Shown here one piece after another: positions 37,938 to 50,808 of a stretch of 64,000 bases of DNA. Location: assembly GCF_963506605.1 (NCBI RefSeq), contig NC_083288.1:28024001-28088000 (forward strand), in the 5' to 3' direction. Position 1 is the stretch's first letter, and each line of letters begins with the position of its first letter. Under the pieces are notes generated by a model that had not been told where the DNA came from, did no database searches, and saw nothing but the letters and a program-made list of their open reading frames with translations. The stretch comes from Zootoca vivipara. Its lineage: Eukaryota. The position numbers and the translations under genes are program-made.

Positions 37938-39911
37938 ACATTCAATCTTCACCTATTTATTGCTTGGGATTAACATAAACAAAAATAAGATGGACAATGA
38001 CTGAATTACCACAGTGGCATTTTAGTATCATGAAATTAAACTTGCTTTCATTTGTCTTTCTCTTTTTCTATCTGGTTTATGTGTATATGTGTGAGAGAAG
38101 GAGACATTTCATGAGAGAAAGACCTGAGTTTTAATTCTAATATTCTTTTATTTTTGAAACTCAACTGTAAGATCTTTAATACTCAAACCTGAATTGGTGC
38201 AACTAATTTATTTTTTGCCATATTCATATTTCTTCCAGTGTACAGATCTGGTTGGATTGGCTCACAGCACATTCACAAGTCCTGCGGTGTATGGCTTTTG
38301 CTTCACAATCTGCTTTCCTACAGGATCTTCTTGCCTAATAGATTCTACACAGATATTCCACCTTTTCAAAGGGAAGGTTTAGAAATGCTTTTTAAGAATT
38401 AGCCCTCTCCAGATTGTTTTGGGGACAGATGCATAGCTCGATGTGTGGCCCTTGAGATGGCTTGAGGCAAATAATACTGATTGGGGCCCCAGAACAAATT
38501 GGTGGTGTGTCCTTGCACAGCTCTAGTAAAAATGTGAATAATAGACAAATTGCATACAAAAAATGTGGATATTAGGAGAGATGTGCAGCAGAATGATGGC
38601 CAATTTTCCCAAAGACTTTTTTAAAACAAGGTGGGTGGGGCAGAAAGCCAATGTGAAGAAAGATGGCTTCTTGAGACTGTTGTTCCTGAGAAGCACCAGA
38701 ATCCTATCTCCCTGAACTGGTAGCTATGATTCACAGTTCCCCTACAGTGATGTGACATTGTACAGAGGGAATGTCAGTGAACCTAAACATAAACTGAATG
38801 ACCTCTCCTGTTTATTTTTTTTCAAGCCATGGGAGAAGGATAGGTCTAATGAGGGCTTGCAATGAGACCAGGCCACACCAAGCATGGCTCCTACCTTGAC
38901 AAACTCTGGTGAAGCTTTAAGGAACAGAGATCTTAATCTCAGGGACTTGTTCACTTCCCATACAAGGCATTGTTAAAGAAACAAGGGAATATATTATATA
39001 TATGGCCCCAACATCTGCTGGATATTTCACAGAGACAGCTGGAAATGAGCCTTGAATGCAGTAAGCAAATTCATCATTTACAATGTGACAACATGGAGAT
39101 CACTGAGACTGAGACCTCTGAGTGCAGGCAGAAGCTTTACTTGTGTAGATTTCAAAAAGTGGTGAGGCCAGATCTAACTTTCTTCATTGTCACTTGGTTC
39201 AAGACACTAATTCCTGGCATTCACTTTCATTGTTTTTAATATTGTTTTAATGCTGTAACCCACAACGAGACCTTAGGGTGAAGGGCAATTAATAAATATA
39301 ACAACTCCACAACTAACAGGATAGTACACATGACAACCAGACAGCCATGGTTCTAAGAAACCCTTAGAAAATGTCGTGATCTGAAACCATTTATGGAAAG
39401 TCTCAAGATGTGGGAATCCAATACCAGTGGGTTTTTCCCTTTCAGCTAGTTGTAATGGGAGGCCTGATGCAACTCAATATCACTAACAGATGTGAGGCTA
39501 CTGATCTATTGACAGCAATACATCTTGAATTATGTCCAGAGGCAGTGCACAATGACCCATAAGTAGACGGAGAAGAAGATGCAGGAGAAATCGTAGACAC
39601 CAGATGGGAAGAAGTTTCTGCCTCAAACACACACGGAGAGAGATTTAGATCCTCACCCCGCTCCTGAAAAAATAAGCAAAATAAAAGAAACAGTTACATT
39701 TCGGGGGCCCGCAGCATAAGTGGGGAGCACCTTCTAAACACCCTTTAAACACCCTGTCTGCCAACCTCTCTTCAATCCATACAAAAATGATGTACCCCAA
39801 AATATCCATAACTACCATAGAACTGAAGCTCTAAGGCCAGCAGGGAGCTAGAGGACATGTGGGAGAGTGGCTGTTTATTATACAGCGGAAAGGAGCAACC
39901 AAGAATACTAA

Positions 39912-41035
39912 GACTTTGACAAGGTGCCCCATGATATTCTTGTAAAGAGGCTGGTAAAATGCGGGCTAGACAATGCTACCATTCAGTGGATTTGTAACTG
40001 GCTGACTGACCGAACCCAAAGGGTGCTCATCAATGGCTCCTCTTCATCCTGGAGAGTAGTGACTAGTGGGGTGCCACAGGGTTCTGTCTTGGGCCCAGTC
40101 TTATTCAACATTTTTTACCAATGACTTAAATGATGGGCTTGAGGGCATCCTGAGCAAGTTTGCAGATGACACCAAACTGGGAGGGGTGGCTAATACCCCA
40201 GAGGACAGGATCACACTTCAAAATGACCTTAATAGATTAGACAACAGGGCCAAAGCAAACAAGATGAATTTTAACAAGGAGAAATGTAAAGTATTACACT
40301 TGGGCAAACAAAAATGAAAGGCACAAATACAGGATGGGAGACACCTGGCTTGAGAGCAGTACATGTGAAAAGGATCTAGGAGTCCTGGTAGACCACAAAC
40401 TTGACATGAGTCAACAGTGTGATGCAGCAGCTAAAAAAGCCAATGCAATTCTGGGCTGCATCAATAGGAGCATAGCATCTAGATCAAGGGAAGTAATCGT
40501 ACCACTGTATTCTGCTCTGGTCAGACCTCACCTGGAATACTGTGTCTAGTTCTGGGCACCACAGTTCAAGAAGGATACTGACAAGCTAGAACGTGAAATG
40601 GTCAAAGGCCTGGAAACAATGCTTTATGAGGAACGGCTTAGGGAGCTGGGTATGTTTAGCCTGGAGAAGAGAAGGTTAAGGGGTGATATGATAGCCATGT
40701 TCAAATATATAAAAGGATGTCATATAGAGGAGGGTGAAAGGTTGTTTTCTGCTGCTCCAGAGAAGCAGACACGGAGCAATGGATTCAAACTACAAGAAAG
40801 AAGATTCCACCTAAATATTAGGAAGAGCTTCCTGACAGTAAGAGCTGTTCAACAGTGGAATTTGCTGCCAAGAAGTGTGGTGGAGTCTCCTTCTTTGGAG
40901 GTCTTTAAGCAGAGGCTTGACAGCCATATGTCAAGAATGCTCTGATGGTGTATCCTGCTTGGCTGGGGGTTGAACTGGATGGTCCTTGTGGTCTCTTCCA
41001 ACTCTATGATTCTATGATTCTATTCTATGATTCTA
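39912..41035 (+). mobile_element. CR1 LINE, 5'-truncated, RT remnant with stops and frameshifts
   Basis: [35 protein letters not shown]; (attctatg)n tail. Confidence 0.95.
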
Positions 41036-41268
41036 TTCCTTGTGATTAAAGTAAGCAAGAATAAGAAAAACAGTGACTATGAATTATCACAGTGACATTT
41101 CATTAACATTGTTTAAACAGCCAAAATTTCTAGTTCTGCTTTCATTTATTATATTTTGTTGCAATGGCCATATTTTAATTCTAATGTTGTTTTTACTTTT
41201 GAAACTCAACTCCCAGATCTCACATGATCACGTTGATCAACCTTTATTGGCACAACTAATCTGTTTAT

Positions 41269-41561
41269 CCATTCTGAAGGAAATCAGCCCTGAGTGCTCA
41301 CTGGAAGGACAGATCCTGAAGCTGAGGCTCCAATACTTTGGCCACCTCATGAGAAGAGAAGACTCCCTGGAAAAGACCCTGATGTTGGGAAAGATTGAGG
41401 GCGCTAGGAGAAGGGGACGACAGAGGACGAGATGGTTGGACAGTGTTCTCGAAGCTATGAACATGAGTTTGACCAAACTGCGGGAGGCAATGTAAGACAG
41501 GAGTGCCTGGCGTGCTCTGGTCCATGGGGTCATGAAGTGTTGGACACTACTAAACAACAAC
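41269..41561 (+). mobile_element. Bov-B LINE 3' end
   Basis: [40 protein letters not shown]; 11-bp TSD aatctgtttat. Confidence 0.92.
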
Positions 41562-42477
41562 AATCTGTTTATTTATGCCATATTTTCCTTTCCTCTACCA
41601 AGCTCTAGACAGAATTCATGGCTCTTCACGCACAGAAATACAGTGTCATATACAAACAGTGCAACTAGTAACCAACGCTTCATTTGTCAATGATCCATAA
41701 ATATTGCAAAATATATTTCTTATGTTAAAAATTTGACATCTTTGCTCTCCCATAAGTTGGCACCCCTGGTTCCTATACCAGAAATAATGGAAGCAATCAG
41801 CTCATTATATGAATGTGTGCCTAACAAACCATTTCCTGGGAACACATTGTGTTTGGAAAGCAGGTCCTGTGTGCATAATTATGTCTGAATTAACAAGCAT
41901 AAGATTGTGCTGCATGATTAGTGTTTTAAAGTGAGTAAATGCAAACATTATTACATTATTATTATTACATAGTTAGGATCCCCATTAGTATACAACACTT
42001 TGGTTTTCTGGAACCTTGTTCAGAAGACACATAATTAATCACAGGAGACGTTCAGTTCTAGGATATATTTTCTTAGCTAAGCAAAAACAAGATGAAATAT
42101 TGGGGGTGGGGGGAGGGATTGAGTTAATAAACAAATGCCTCATTGCTGAGATGTATATCGTATATGTAGGAAGTGGATATAGAACTTCTGTTGTGTGCTG
42201 AAAATTAAAAAGCCATAGTACAATACTTTGCTTTATGGGAAAGAAAAATCACAGAGAGAGATACAGGAAGGTGCAATACATCAAGCATAAAGAACAACAA
42301 CTTTAAAAAACAGCAGATCCAGGTAGGCAGCAGTGTTGGTCTGTCGTAGTCATAATAAATAACAAGATGAAAGATAATAAATAAATAAATTATTAAAAGA
42401 TGATCAAAAAAGAACTCCCTTAGCTTTAGCATGTAATATGGTACATGAAAAAGGGGGGGGGGAGAGAAGGAAAAAAA

Positions 42478-43770
42478 GCAAGGTAATGTCTCTGCTTTTT
42501 AAGATGCTGTCTAGGTTTGTCATTGCTTTTTTCCCAAGAAGCAGGCGTCTTTTAATTTCATGACTGCTGTCACCATCTGCAGTGATCAAGGAGCCCAAGA
42601 AAGTAAAATCTCTCACTGCGTCCATTTCTTCCCCTTCTATTTGCCAGGAGGTGATGGGACCAGTGGCCATGATCTTGGTTTTTTTTATGTTGAGCTTCAG
42701 ACCATATTTTGCGCTCTCCTCTTTCACCCTTGTTAAAAGGTTCTTTAATTCCTCCTCACTTTCTGCCATCAAGGTTTTGTCATCTGCATATCTGAGGTTG
42801 TTGATATTTCTTCCGGCAATCTTAATTCCGGTTTAGGAATCATCTAGTCCAGCCTTTCGCATGATGAAAAAAAAGCAGAGACATTACCTTGCCGACAAAG
42901 GTCCGTATAGTTAAAGCTATGGTTTTCCCAGTACAGTGGTACCTCGGTTTATGAACACAATTGGTTCCGGAAGTCTGTTCATAAACTGAAGCGTTCATAA
43001 ACTGAAGCGAACTTTCCCATTGAAAGTAATGGAAAGTGGATTAATCCGTTCCAGACAGTCCGCGGAGTAACCGTTCATAAACTGAAGCGAACTTTTCCAT
43101 TGAAAGTAATGGAAAGTGGATTAATCCGTTCCAGACGGGTCCGCGAAGTACTTAAACTGAAGCGTTCATAAACTGAAACATGGGTGTAATTGGTTCCGGA
43201 AGTCTGTTCATAAACTGAAGCGTTCATAAACTGAAGCGAACTTTCCCATTAAAAGTAATGGAAAGTGAATTAATCCGTTCCAGATGGGTCCGCGGCGTTC
43301 ATAAACCGAAAATTCATAAACCGAGGTGTTCATAAACCGAGGTTCCACTGTAGTGATGTATGGAAGTGAGAGCTGGACCATAAAGAAGGCTGATCACCGA
43401 AGAATTGATGCTTTTGAATTATGGTGCAGGAGGAGACTCTTGAGAGTCCTATGCAACAAACCTATCCATTCTGAAGGAAATCAGCCCTGAGTGCTCACTG
43501 GAAGGACAGATCATGAAGCTGAGGCTCCAATACTTTGGCCACCTCATGAGAAGAGAAGACTCCCTGGAAATGACCCTGATGTTGGGAAAGATTGAGGGCA
43601 CTAGGAGAAGGGGACGTCAGAGGACGAGATGGTTGGACAGTGTTCTCGAAGCTACGAACATGAGTTTGACCAAACTGCGGGAGGCAGTGGAAGACAGGAG
43701 TGCCTGGCGTGCTATGGTCCATGGGATCACGAAGAGTCGGACACGACTAAACGACTAAACAACAACAACA
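42478..43770 (+). mobile_element. Bov-B LINE with inverted 5' segment (42478-42866 on minus) and nested MITE
   Basis: Minus strand YADD-region followed by MAESEEELKNLLTRVKEESAK...ILKSRDITL; plus strand resumes KSRDITLPTKVRIVKAMVFP and runs to the (caa)n tail; candidate TSD atggKacatgaa (42438-42449 / 43771-43782). Confidence 0.88.
42934..43350. mobile_element. Tigger/pogo-like MITE with internal tandem repeats, inserted in Bov-B
   Basis: TIR cagtggtacctcggtttatgaac / gttcataaaccgaggttccactg; TA duplicated; splits Bov-B cccagta|gtgatgtatgg. Confidence 0.9.
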
Positions 43771-44172
43771 ATGGGACATGAATCCAATATCTTTATTCAG
43801 ACCAGGTCTCTCCATAGTTTTTAGTTTGGTAATTAGTTGTACCGGTAACACTGCAACTTCTCTTTCAAGTATATTTCTATTTATTTATTTTTTGCAATAG
43901 GACAGCTACTTTAAGATCTTGTATAGAATGTCCTGGAAGATTGAAATGTTCTCCTATTGGTTTCTCTGTTTTATGATTCTACATTACCAAAGTTTAAAAA
44001 AAATGGATAGATGTGGTCTGAATAGAGATATTGGATTGATGTCCCATTATACATGCTAGGGTTAATTTTGGTCATCTATCTCTTTAAAAATCCCTTGCCC
44101 TTCCCTGTGGAACCAACTGCCATCATTAACAGTCATCAACAGTTATAAGGTTGTGGCAACCTCTGCTTCAGA

Positions 44173-44210
44173 GTATCTGAAGAAGTGTGTATACACACGA
44201 AAGCTCATAC
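44173..44210 (+). ncRNA. Minimal type I hammerhead ribozyme motif in a Penelope-like fragment (~44120-44260)
   Basis: GTAT-CTGAAGA-a-GTGTGTatACACAC-GAAA-gc-TC-ATAC; intact core, helix I GTAT/ATAC. Confidence 0.75.
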
Positions 44211-44351
44211 CTAGAAAGTTTATACTTAGTTGGTCTTTAAGGTGCTACTGGAATTTTTTAAAAAAAACAAAACAAAACATTTTTTGAAAGATTCTTTTAA
44301 AGATTGTCTTAAAACCAAAAGACTTGATTATCTTAAGGGAGTTCTTTTTAG

Positions 44352-44353
<2 letters not shown>

Positions 44354-44398
<45 letters not shown>
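44354..44398. repeat. (TA)n microsatellite
   Basis: Direct inspection. Confidence 0.95.
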
Positions 44399-44400
<2 letters not shown>

Positions 44401-44930
44401 TCTTGTTCTTCATTTCAAAAAAGCAGTTGATACTCCATATTTACCTGGCCATTCAACAAAACAATATATTGCTAAACCAGTGAGAAATGATTCTTGACAG
44501 GAATACATTAAGCTTTCAAATGAAACTAATAATGACAAAATTTCAAAAAAATACAGGGGCATGTTATTAATGTTAGGTGCAACATTAAAATTACATATTC
44601 TCTGGACCCTCCTCCTCCATGCAACAATGTTCAGCAGCAGAAAATGATTGTCCTGGAGTCATGGGGAGCTCTGGGTAAGGGCTGTCCTAGAAGAGCTACA
44701 AATGTAACGTTTGAAACTGTGGAGGGCAAAGCCTTCTTGGTAAGGATGGAACTCACTCCCCTAATGATACAATTCTCTTCCTCCCTCTCTCCTTTTAGAT
44801 AGGCCCTGAAGAAAGGCCCTTATCTGTGTTTAACTAGGCATAATTGTTGGTACTGTAAGTTTTTCAGTGACTGTGAATTATATTTTTGATTGGGTTGATA
44901 TTAAATGAATATCTGACTTTTCTCTTATTT

Positions 44931-45191
44931 AGAAGGAGGAGGAGAAGAAGAGGAGGAGGAGTTTGGATTTGATATCCCGCTTTATCACTACCCGAAGGAG
45001 TCTCAAAAAGGCTAACATTCTCCTTTCCCTTCCTCCCCCCACAACAAACACTCTGTGAGGTGAGTGGGGCTGAGACACTTCAGATAAGTGTGACTAACCC
45101 AGGTCACCCAGCAGCTGCATGTGGAGGAGTGGAGACGCGAACCCGGTTCCCCAGATTACGAGTCTACCGCTCTTAACCACTACACCACACT
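44931..45191 (-). mobile_element. tRNA-derived SINE (Squam3-like)
   Basis: Near-identical to 10085-10343. Confidence 0.82.
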
Positions 45192-45411
45192 ATTATAGAT
45201 TATAATAGTGACTTTTCGCCCTTGTCTCTTGGTTTTGAAAAATACATTCTATGTCACTTTAGGAAGATATTTTTATTAGGAAAGTTAACATGGAAATATC
45301 TTCCATAAGAATTAAAATAAAATGACACCACTGACATGTGCAGTGCTTGATGATGTCTAATAATTCACTAATTTGTATTAGGGTCTTTCCCCCCTTCTTC
45401 AGACATACAGT

Positions 45412-46395
45412 ATGGAAAAAAAAGAGGGAAATAAAACCATCATCACAGAATTTATTCTGCAGGGATTTGGGGATTTTCAAGATCTACGGATTGTCATCTT
45501 CCTCTTGTTTCTAGCCATCTACATCCTTACAATGACTGGGAACATTCTCATTGTTGGATTAGTTGTGACAAACCACAACCTCCACACTCCCATGTACTTT
45601 TTCCTGGCAAACCTGTCTTGTTTGGAGACCTTCTACAGTTCAACCATCTTGCCCAAGGTCCTTGTCAGTTCCCTGACTGCAGACAGAGCCATTTCCATCC
45701 CTGGCTGCATTGCACAATTCTATTTCTTTACTGCTCTGGTAGTCACTGAATGTGGTCTCCTAGCTATGATGTCTTATGACAGGTATGTAGCAATATGTAA
45801 ACCACTGCATTATGGAACTCATATGACGGCTGAGCGATGTCTTGCCATGGCAGCTGGATGTTGGATTACTGGGTTTTTGGCAATGTCAGTAATGATGTTT
45901 CTGATGACAAGGTTAACATTTTGTGGTCCCAATGAAATAGAACATTTCTTCTGTGACTTTACCCCTGTGGCAAAAATTGCTTGCAGTGAATCTCAGAAAT
46001 TTGAACTAATGGGTTTCATATTCTCAACCATTTTCACTGTGCCTACATTTTTGTTGACTCTGACCTCATACACATTTATTGTAACCGCTATCCTGAGAAT
46101 CCCCTCTGCTACTGGAAGGAAAAAGGCCTTCTCTACATGCTCATCTCACCTTTTTGTGGTGACAATTTATTATGGCACCTTAATCATAGTCTATGTGCTG
46201 CCCAACAATGAAAATATGAGAAAGCTAAACAAAGTCTTCTCTGTTTTTTACACCATTCTAACTCCTCTGGTCAATCCGCTGATATACAGTCTGAGGAATA
46301 GGGAAGTGAAAGAGTGCCTTATGAAATCTGTTGGTAAACTGACTAATGGCATATGGTCAAAGGAAATTCAAGGAACTGTTTTTAGTTTGGGATAG
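45412..46395 (+). CDS. Olfactory receptor, OR11A1/family 11-6-like, intact (327 aa)
   Basis: [68 protein letters not shown]; acceptor cttcag just upstream of the ATG. Confidence 0.92.
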   Translation: MEKKEGNKTIITEFILQGFGDFQDLRIVIFLLFLAIYILTMTGNILIVGLVVTNHNLHTPMYFFLANLSCLETFYSSTILPKVLVSSLTADRAISIPGCIAQFYFFTALVVTECGLLAMMSYDRYVAICKPLHYGTHMTAERCLAMAAGCWITGFLAMSVMMFLMTRLTFCGPNEIEHFFCDFTPVAKIACSESQKFELMGFIFSTIFTVPTFLLTLTSYTFIVTAILRIPSATGRKKAFSTCSSHLFVVTIYYGTLIIVYVLPNNENMRKLNKVFSVFYTILTPLVNPLIYSLRNREVKECLMKSVGKLTNGIWSKEIQGTVFSLG

Positions 46396-47824
46396 AATCC
46401 TAAACGGATCACCCTAGAATCATTTCCTTCACTTCAAATTGACTCCAATTTCTCAGTATTGCAATATTCTCAGCTTAGTTATCGTGTTCATTTTGAAGCA
46501 TAAGTAACAGTGAGATGTGATGAAAACATCCTTGGCTGATAGATATCTATTGGCAACCTGACTCGGGGCATAATGCCCCAGAATCTAAAAAACTGTTTAA
46601 GTTTAGAGTAGAAATTAATGCTTACTGGTGGAGGATAGTGAAGTCTTTAAATATTGTCTAAATCTTTTTCTGGGACATCAGGCAATTTGGATCAGCAGTC
46701 AACTTGGAAATATACCCTTTCACCTGGAGGGTTTTCATATTCTTTACCACACAGAGAGACCCATCTGTTTTCCCTACTGGGAAAAAAACCATGCAAAAGC
46801 TGACATGAATTCTCCAGAAGAGTAGATAGCATTGGGACAGGGCTATTTGAGGAAAACAGATTAAGGGAGTTTTAAACAGTATGGACAGGTGCCCCCCTCT
46901 GCACACAACTTTCTGAATGTCATCGACATGACAAGCCACTGAAAAGGTGTGAGCATAAGTCATCACATATGTCCAAGCACTATTATGTTTGAATCTGTTT
47001 TAGTATAGATATAAATAAACTTGCCTGACAAGTTTAGATAGTCCACTGTACTAATTACCACACACCTGATTTCATTAACCCTTTTCACTTTGTTACATTG
47101 AGCAACAAGCAAACTTTTCCAGTTCCCGTCTTAGTCCTCTGATGCCTTTTCTAAAGACTTAACATGCTTAACGATCAAACCCAACTCTTCTTTAATGAAG
47201 GGATATTGGGAGGTAAATGTGCCAGAATTTCCTAGCAGACTGGGACAATTTTGTCAAATTTTAATGACCTAATCATCAACTTTACTTTTTAATATGACCC
47301 CAGGTGGTTTAGTTACTCATTTAAATGAGACATAAGAGACACACACCTCTAGGGGACATTACTTTAGACATTACATACACAAAAACAAGTAGAAGGTGTA
47401 GTTGACATTGGTCCTCAGAATATAATGTCTTCTTAGCATGAAATTTCATCTGTATAAATGAAATGGATGCAGAAGACAAACTTCTACCATCTATGCAATG
47501 AAGGCAGGAGAGGAACAGTGCAATAATTTACAGGAAAGCGAAAGCAAAGTATCAGAACAAGACAGATAGATTATCAGATACAAGAAGCATGATGGTGAAG
47601 AAAAGGCTCTCCATATTCTGCATTTGAAGTTTATCACTCAACATAATAATATATAATTAAACTAAGAAATTATTGTCATGAAGGTGAGGAAAAGGATAAT
47701 GCACAACAAATGCATGACTGAAGAAAGAAAGTGCATGACAATATAAGTCACTGATATTAAATGAAGGAAAGCTTTCATTGACTACTGAAAGGGAAAAAAG
47801 ATCCACTGCTGCTAGGCACAAAGG

Positions 47825-48794
47825 ATGACAACCAGAGAAGAGAGGAATCAAACCATCATCACAGAATTTATTCTGCAGGGATTTGGGGATTTTCAAGACC
47901 TACAGATTGTCCTCTTCATCTTGTTTCTAACAATATACATCCTTACAATGACTGGGAACATCCTCATTGTTGGATTAGTTGTGACAAACCACAACCTCCA
48001 CACTCCCATGTACTTTTTCCTTGCAAACCTGTCTTGCTTGGAGATCTTCTACACTTCAACCATCTTGCCCAAGGTCCTTGTCAGTTCCCTGACTGCAGAC
48101 AGAGCTATTTCCATCCCTGGCTGCATTGCACAATTCTATTTCTTTACTTCTCTGATAGTTACTGAATGTGGTCTCCTAGCTATGATGTCTTATGACAGGT
48201 ATGTAGCAATATGTAAACCACTGCATTATGGAACCCATATGACTGAGAAGCGATGCGTTCTCATGGCAGCTGGCTGTTGGATTACTGGGTTTTTATCGAT
48301 GTCAGTAATGACGTATCTGATCACAAGGTTGACATTTTGTGGTCCCAATGAAATAGAACATTTCTTCTGTGACTTTACCCCCATAACAAGTATTGCTTGC
48401 ACTGAAACTCAAACATTAGAGATGATGAGCTTCATATTCTCAACCATTTTCACCTTGCCACCCTTCTCATTGACTGTGACCTCATATTATCATTACCACC
48501 ATCCTGAGAATCCCATCTGCCACTGGAAGGCGAAAAGCCTTCTCCACTTGCTCATCTCACCTTGTTGTAGTTACAATTTATTATGGGACCCTAATCTTAG
48601 TTTATGTGTTGCCCAAGTCGGAAAATATGAGAAAGCTAAACAAAGTCTTCTCTGTTTTTTACACCATCCTAACACCTCTGGTCAATCCCCTGATATACAG
48701 TCTCAGGAACAAGGAAGTGAAAGGGTCTCTTAAGAAATCTATTGGAAAGCTGCATAAGCCCATAGGGGAACCAAAGGCACTAATTTTGGATTAG
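47825..48794 (+). pseudogene. OR11-like paralog with frameshift near 48490
   Basis: Relative to paralogs (TSY-xF-II) 5 nt are missing after ACCTCATAT; the true C-terminus ([10 protein letters not shown]...YSLRNKEVK) continues in another frame to 48794. Confidence 0.88.
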
Positions 48795-48840
48795 GGGAGA
48801 AATTGGTGACTTCATCTTACAGATACTGAAGCCTTTATAT

Positions 48841-49161
48841 CAGGGGTAGGCAACCTAAGGCCCAGGGGCTGGATGCGGCCCAATCGCCTTCTCAATCCGG
48901 CCCACGGACGGTCCGGGAATCAGCATGTTTTTACATGAGTAGAATGTGTCCTTTTATTTAAAATGCATCTCTGGGTTATTTGTGGGGCCTGCCTGGTGTT
49001 TTTACATGAGTATAATGTGTGCTTTTATTTAAAATGCATCTCTGGGTTATTTGTGGGGCATAGGAATTCATTCATATTATTTTCCAAACTATAGTCCGCC
49101 CCACCACATGGTCTGAGGGACTGTGGACTGGCCCACGACTGAAAAAGGTTGCTGACCCCTG
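48841..49161. mobile_element. hAT (Charlie-like) MITE with internal ~70-bp tandem duplication
   Basis: TIR caggggtaggcaacct / aggttgctgacccctg; perfect 8-bp TSD ctttatat; absent from the paralogous flank at ~46640-46670. Confidence 0.9.
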
Positions 49162-50404
49162 CTTTATATACTGTCTAAATCTCTTTCTTTCTCTTGTCAT
49201 ACATATAGTGATGGGACAGAAGAAATTATACTATTCTTCTTGTGTCATTCATTATCACCATTCATGATCTGCTGAATGCTACCTGCTGTAGCTTGGAGCT
49301 AGGTGTGTACACTGTAGTTTATTGAGTGCTGAAAGGGACATGACTAAGGACCACCTGAAGAAGCCCCATGAACCTTTTTGCCTGCCAATAAAAGCAACCC
49401 CAGAATGAGTGCAGAATTCAGCTGGTTCCAAGGCTCTTCTTTGTTATGAAATCTTGGAGGCGTTCTGTGAGGTTTTGCGGCTCTGGGTGAAAGCTGGAAG
49501 TCTGTGGGTTGTCGAGTGGGGCGGTGTGCCACAGGAGAATGAATTGATATTTGTTTGTATTTATTAGTAATTTGTGTTACTGATTTTATTTTGTGTTTTG
49601 AAAACATTTTTGTTGTTTATGTTTGCTTTATAGAACTTGGATATATATATTATTATATAAAGTGGTCTATATATATTAAAATGGTCTAAACAATAAATAA
49701 ATGATAATAAATTCCAGATCAACCCTATTGAGTGGTGTCCAATAGCACCTTTCTACTGACAGAATGCGTTTTTAAAAGCAGAATGGGGAGGAAGGAGATT
49801 TTCAGAGATTTACCTTTCACTGCGCATTTCACCTCCTCTAAATCTGCTGCAAAGGGACCACGCAAAGGGGAGGATGGAGGGGCAAAAATTACCTCCCCAT
49901 CCCGCTGATTGATTCCTCTTTCTCAGAAAATTGCTAGCATTGGTTTTTTGTTGTTGTTGGTAGTACTCAGCATTGCAACACTTGCAGGCTTGCTGTTGCT
50001 TGTTTGTATTGCATCTGTTTCACATTGTGACCACTCTGATGCCCTTCACAACTTGGAAACCTCCAATTTCTAGCCACATGAAGTCAAGGGTGAATATTGG
50101 ATATATTTCCTTTGCATCAGGAAACATACAATTTATTCTTTGAGACTATCATCACCTCCCAAATTTCCATAGGAATATTTATTTTACTGAAAGAAATATT
50201 CATTTGCAAGTTCTTCCCTAGGCCGAATAATTTGAGAATTACTACTGCCTCAGTAGAATTTGCATCTTGAAAGGTGGGATGCTGGTAATTGCCATCACAC
50301 CAGAAGGAAATTTTGAGACACACAATATTTTGTGCAAACATGTTATACTTAATAAAATATCGCAAACCAGAGGACCTGCAAAACAAACTAATTAAACCAA
50401 AATA

Positions 50405-50808
50405 CAGTTGAACCTCGGTTTTTTAATGTCTCCATTAACGAAGGAGTTTGCTGCCAAGGAGTGTGGTGGAGTCTCCTTCTTTGGAGGACTTTAAGTGGAG
50501 GCTTTTCAGCCATATGTCAGGAATGTTTTGATGGTGTTTCCTGCTTGGCAGGGGATTGGACTGGATGGCCCTTGTGGTCCCTTCCAACTCTATGATTCTA
50601 TGAACATTTTGGTTTATGAACTCTGTAAACCCAGAAGTAAATGCTTTGGTTTTCGAACACACCTGAGAAGTTGAACATGCCATGTGGCTTCCGCTGAGTG
50701 CAAGATCCTGAGGCCTAGCTGTTGGCTGTTGAGTTTTTGGTTTTTGAACATTTCAGAACTCGAACAGTCTTCCGGAATGGTTTATGTTCTAAAACCAAGG
50801 TACCACTG
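50405..50808. mobile_element. Tigger-like MITE interrupted by a CR1 3' end (~50444-50603, +)
   Basis: TA-flanked cagttgaacctcggtttt / aaaaccaaggtaccactg; internal CR1 3'UTR ending ctatgattctatga. Confidence 0.75.

Noticed and set aside
42934-43350. Regularly repeated units resembling a CRISPR array
   Set aside because: Vertebrate DNA with no unique spacers or cas genes; the repeats lie inside a TA-flanked TIR element
32520-47275. TTTTAATG motifs resembling the H/P enhancer 13-mer AACTTTTTAATGA
   Set aside because: No exact match found by eye, and partial matches are expected in AT-rich DNA
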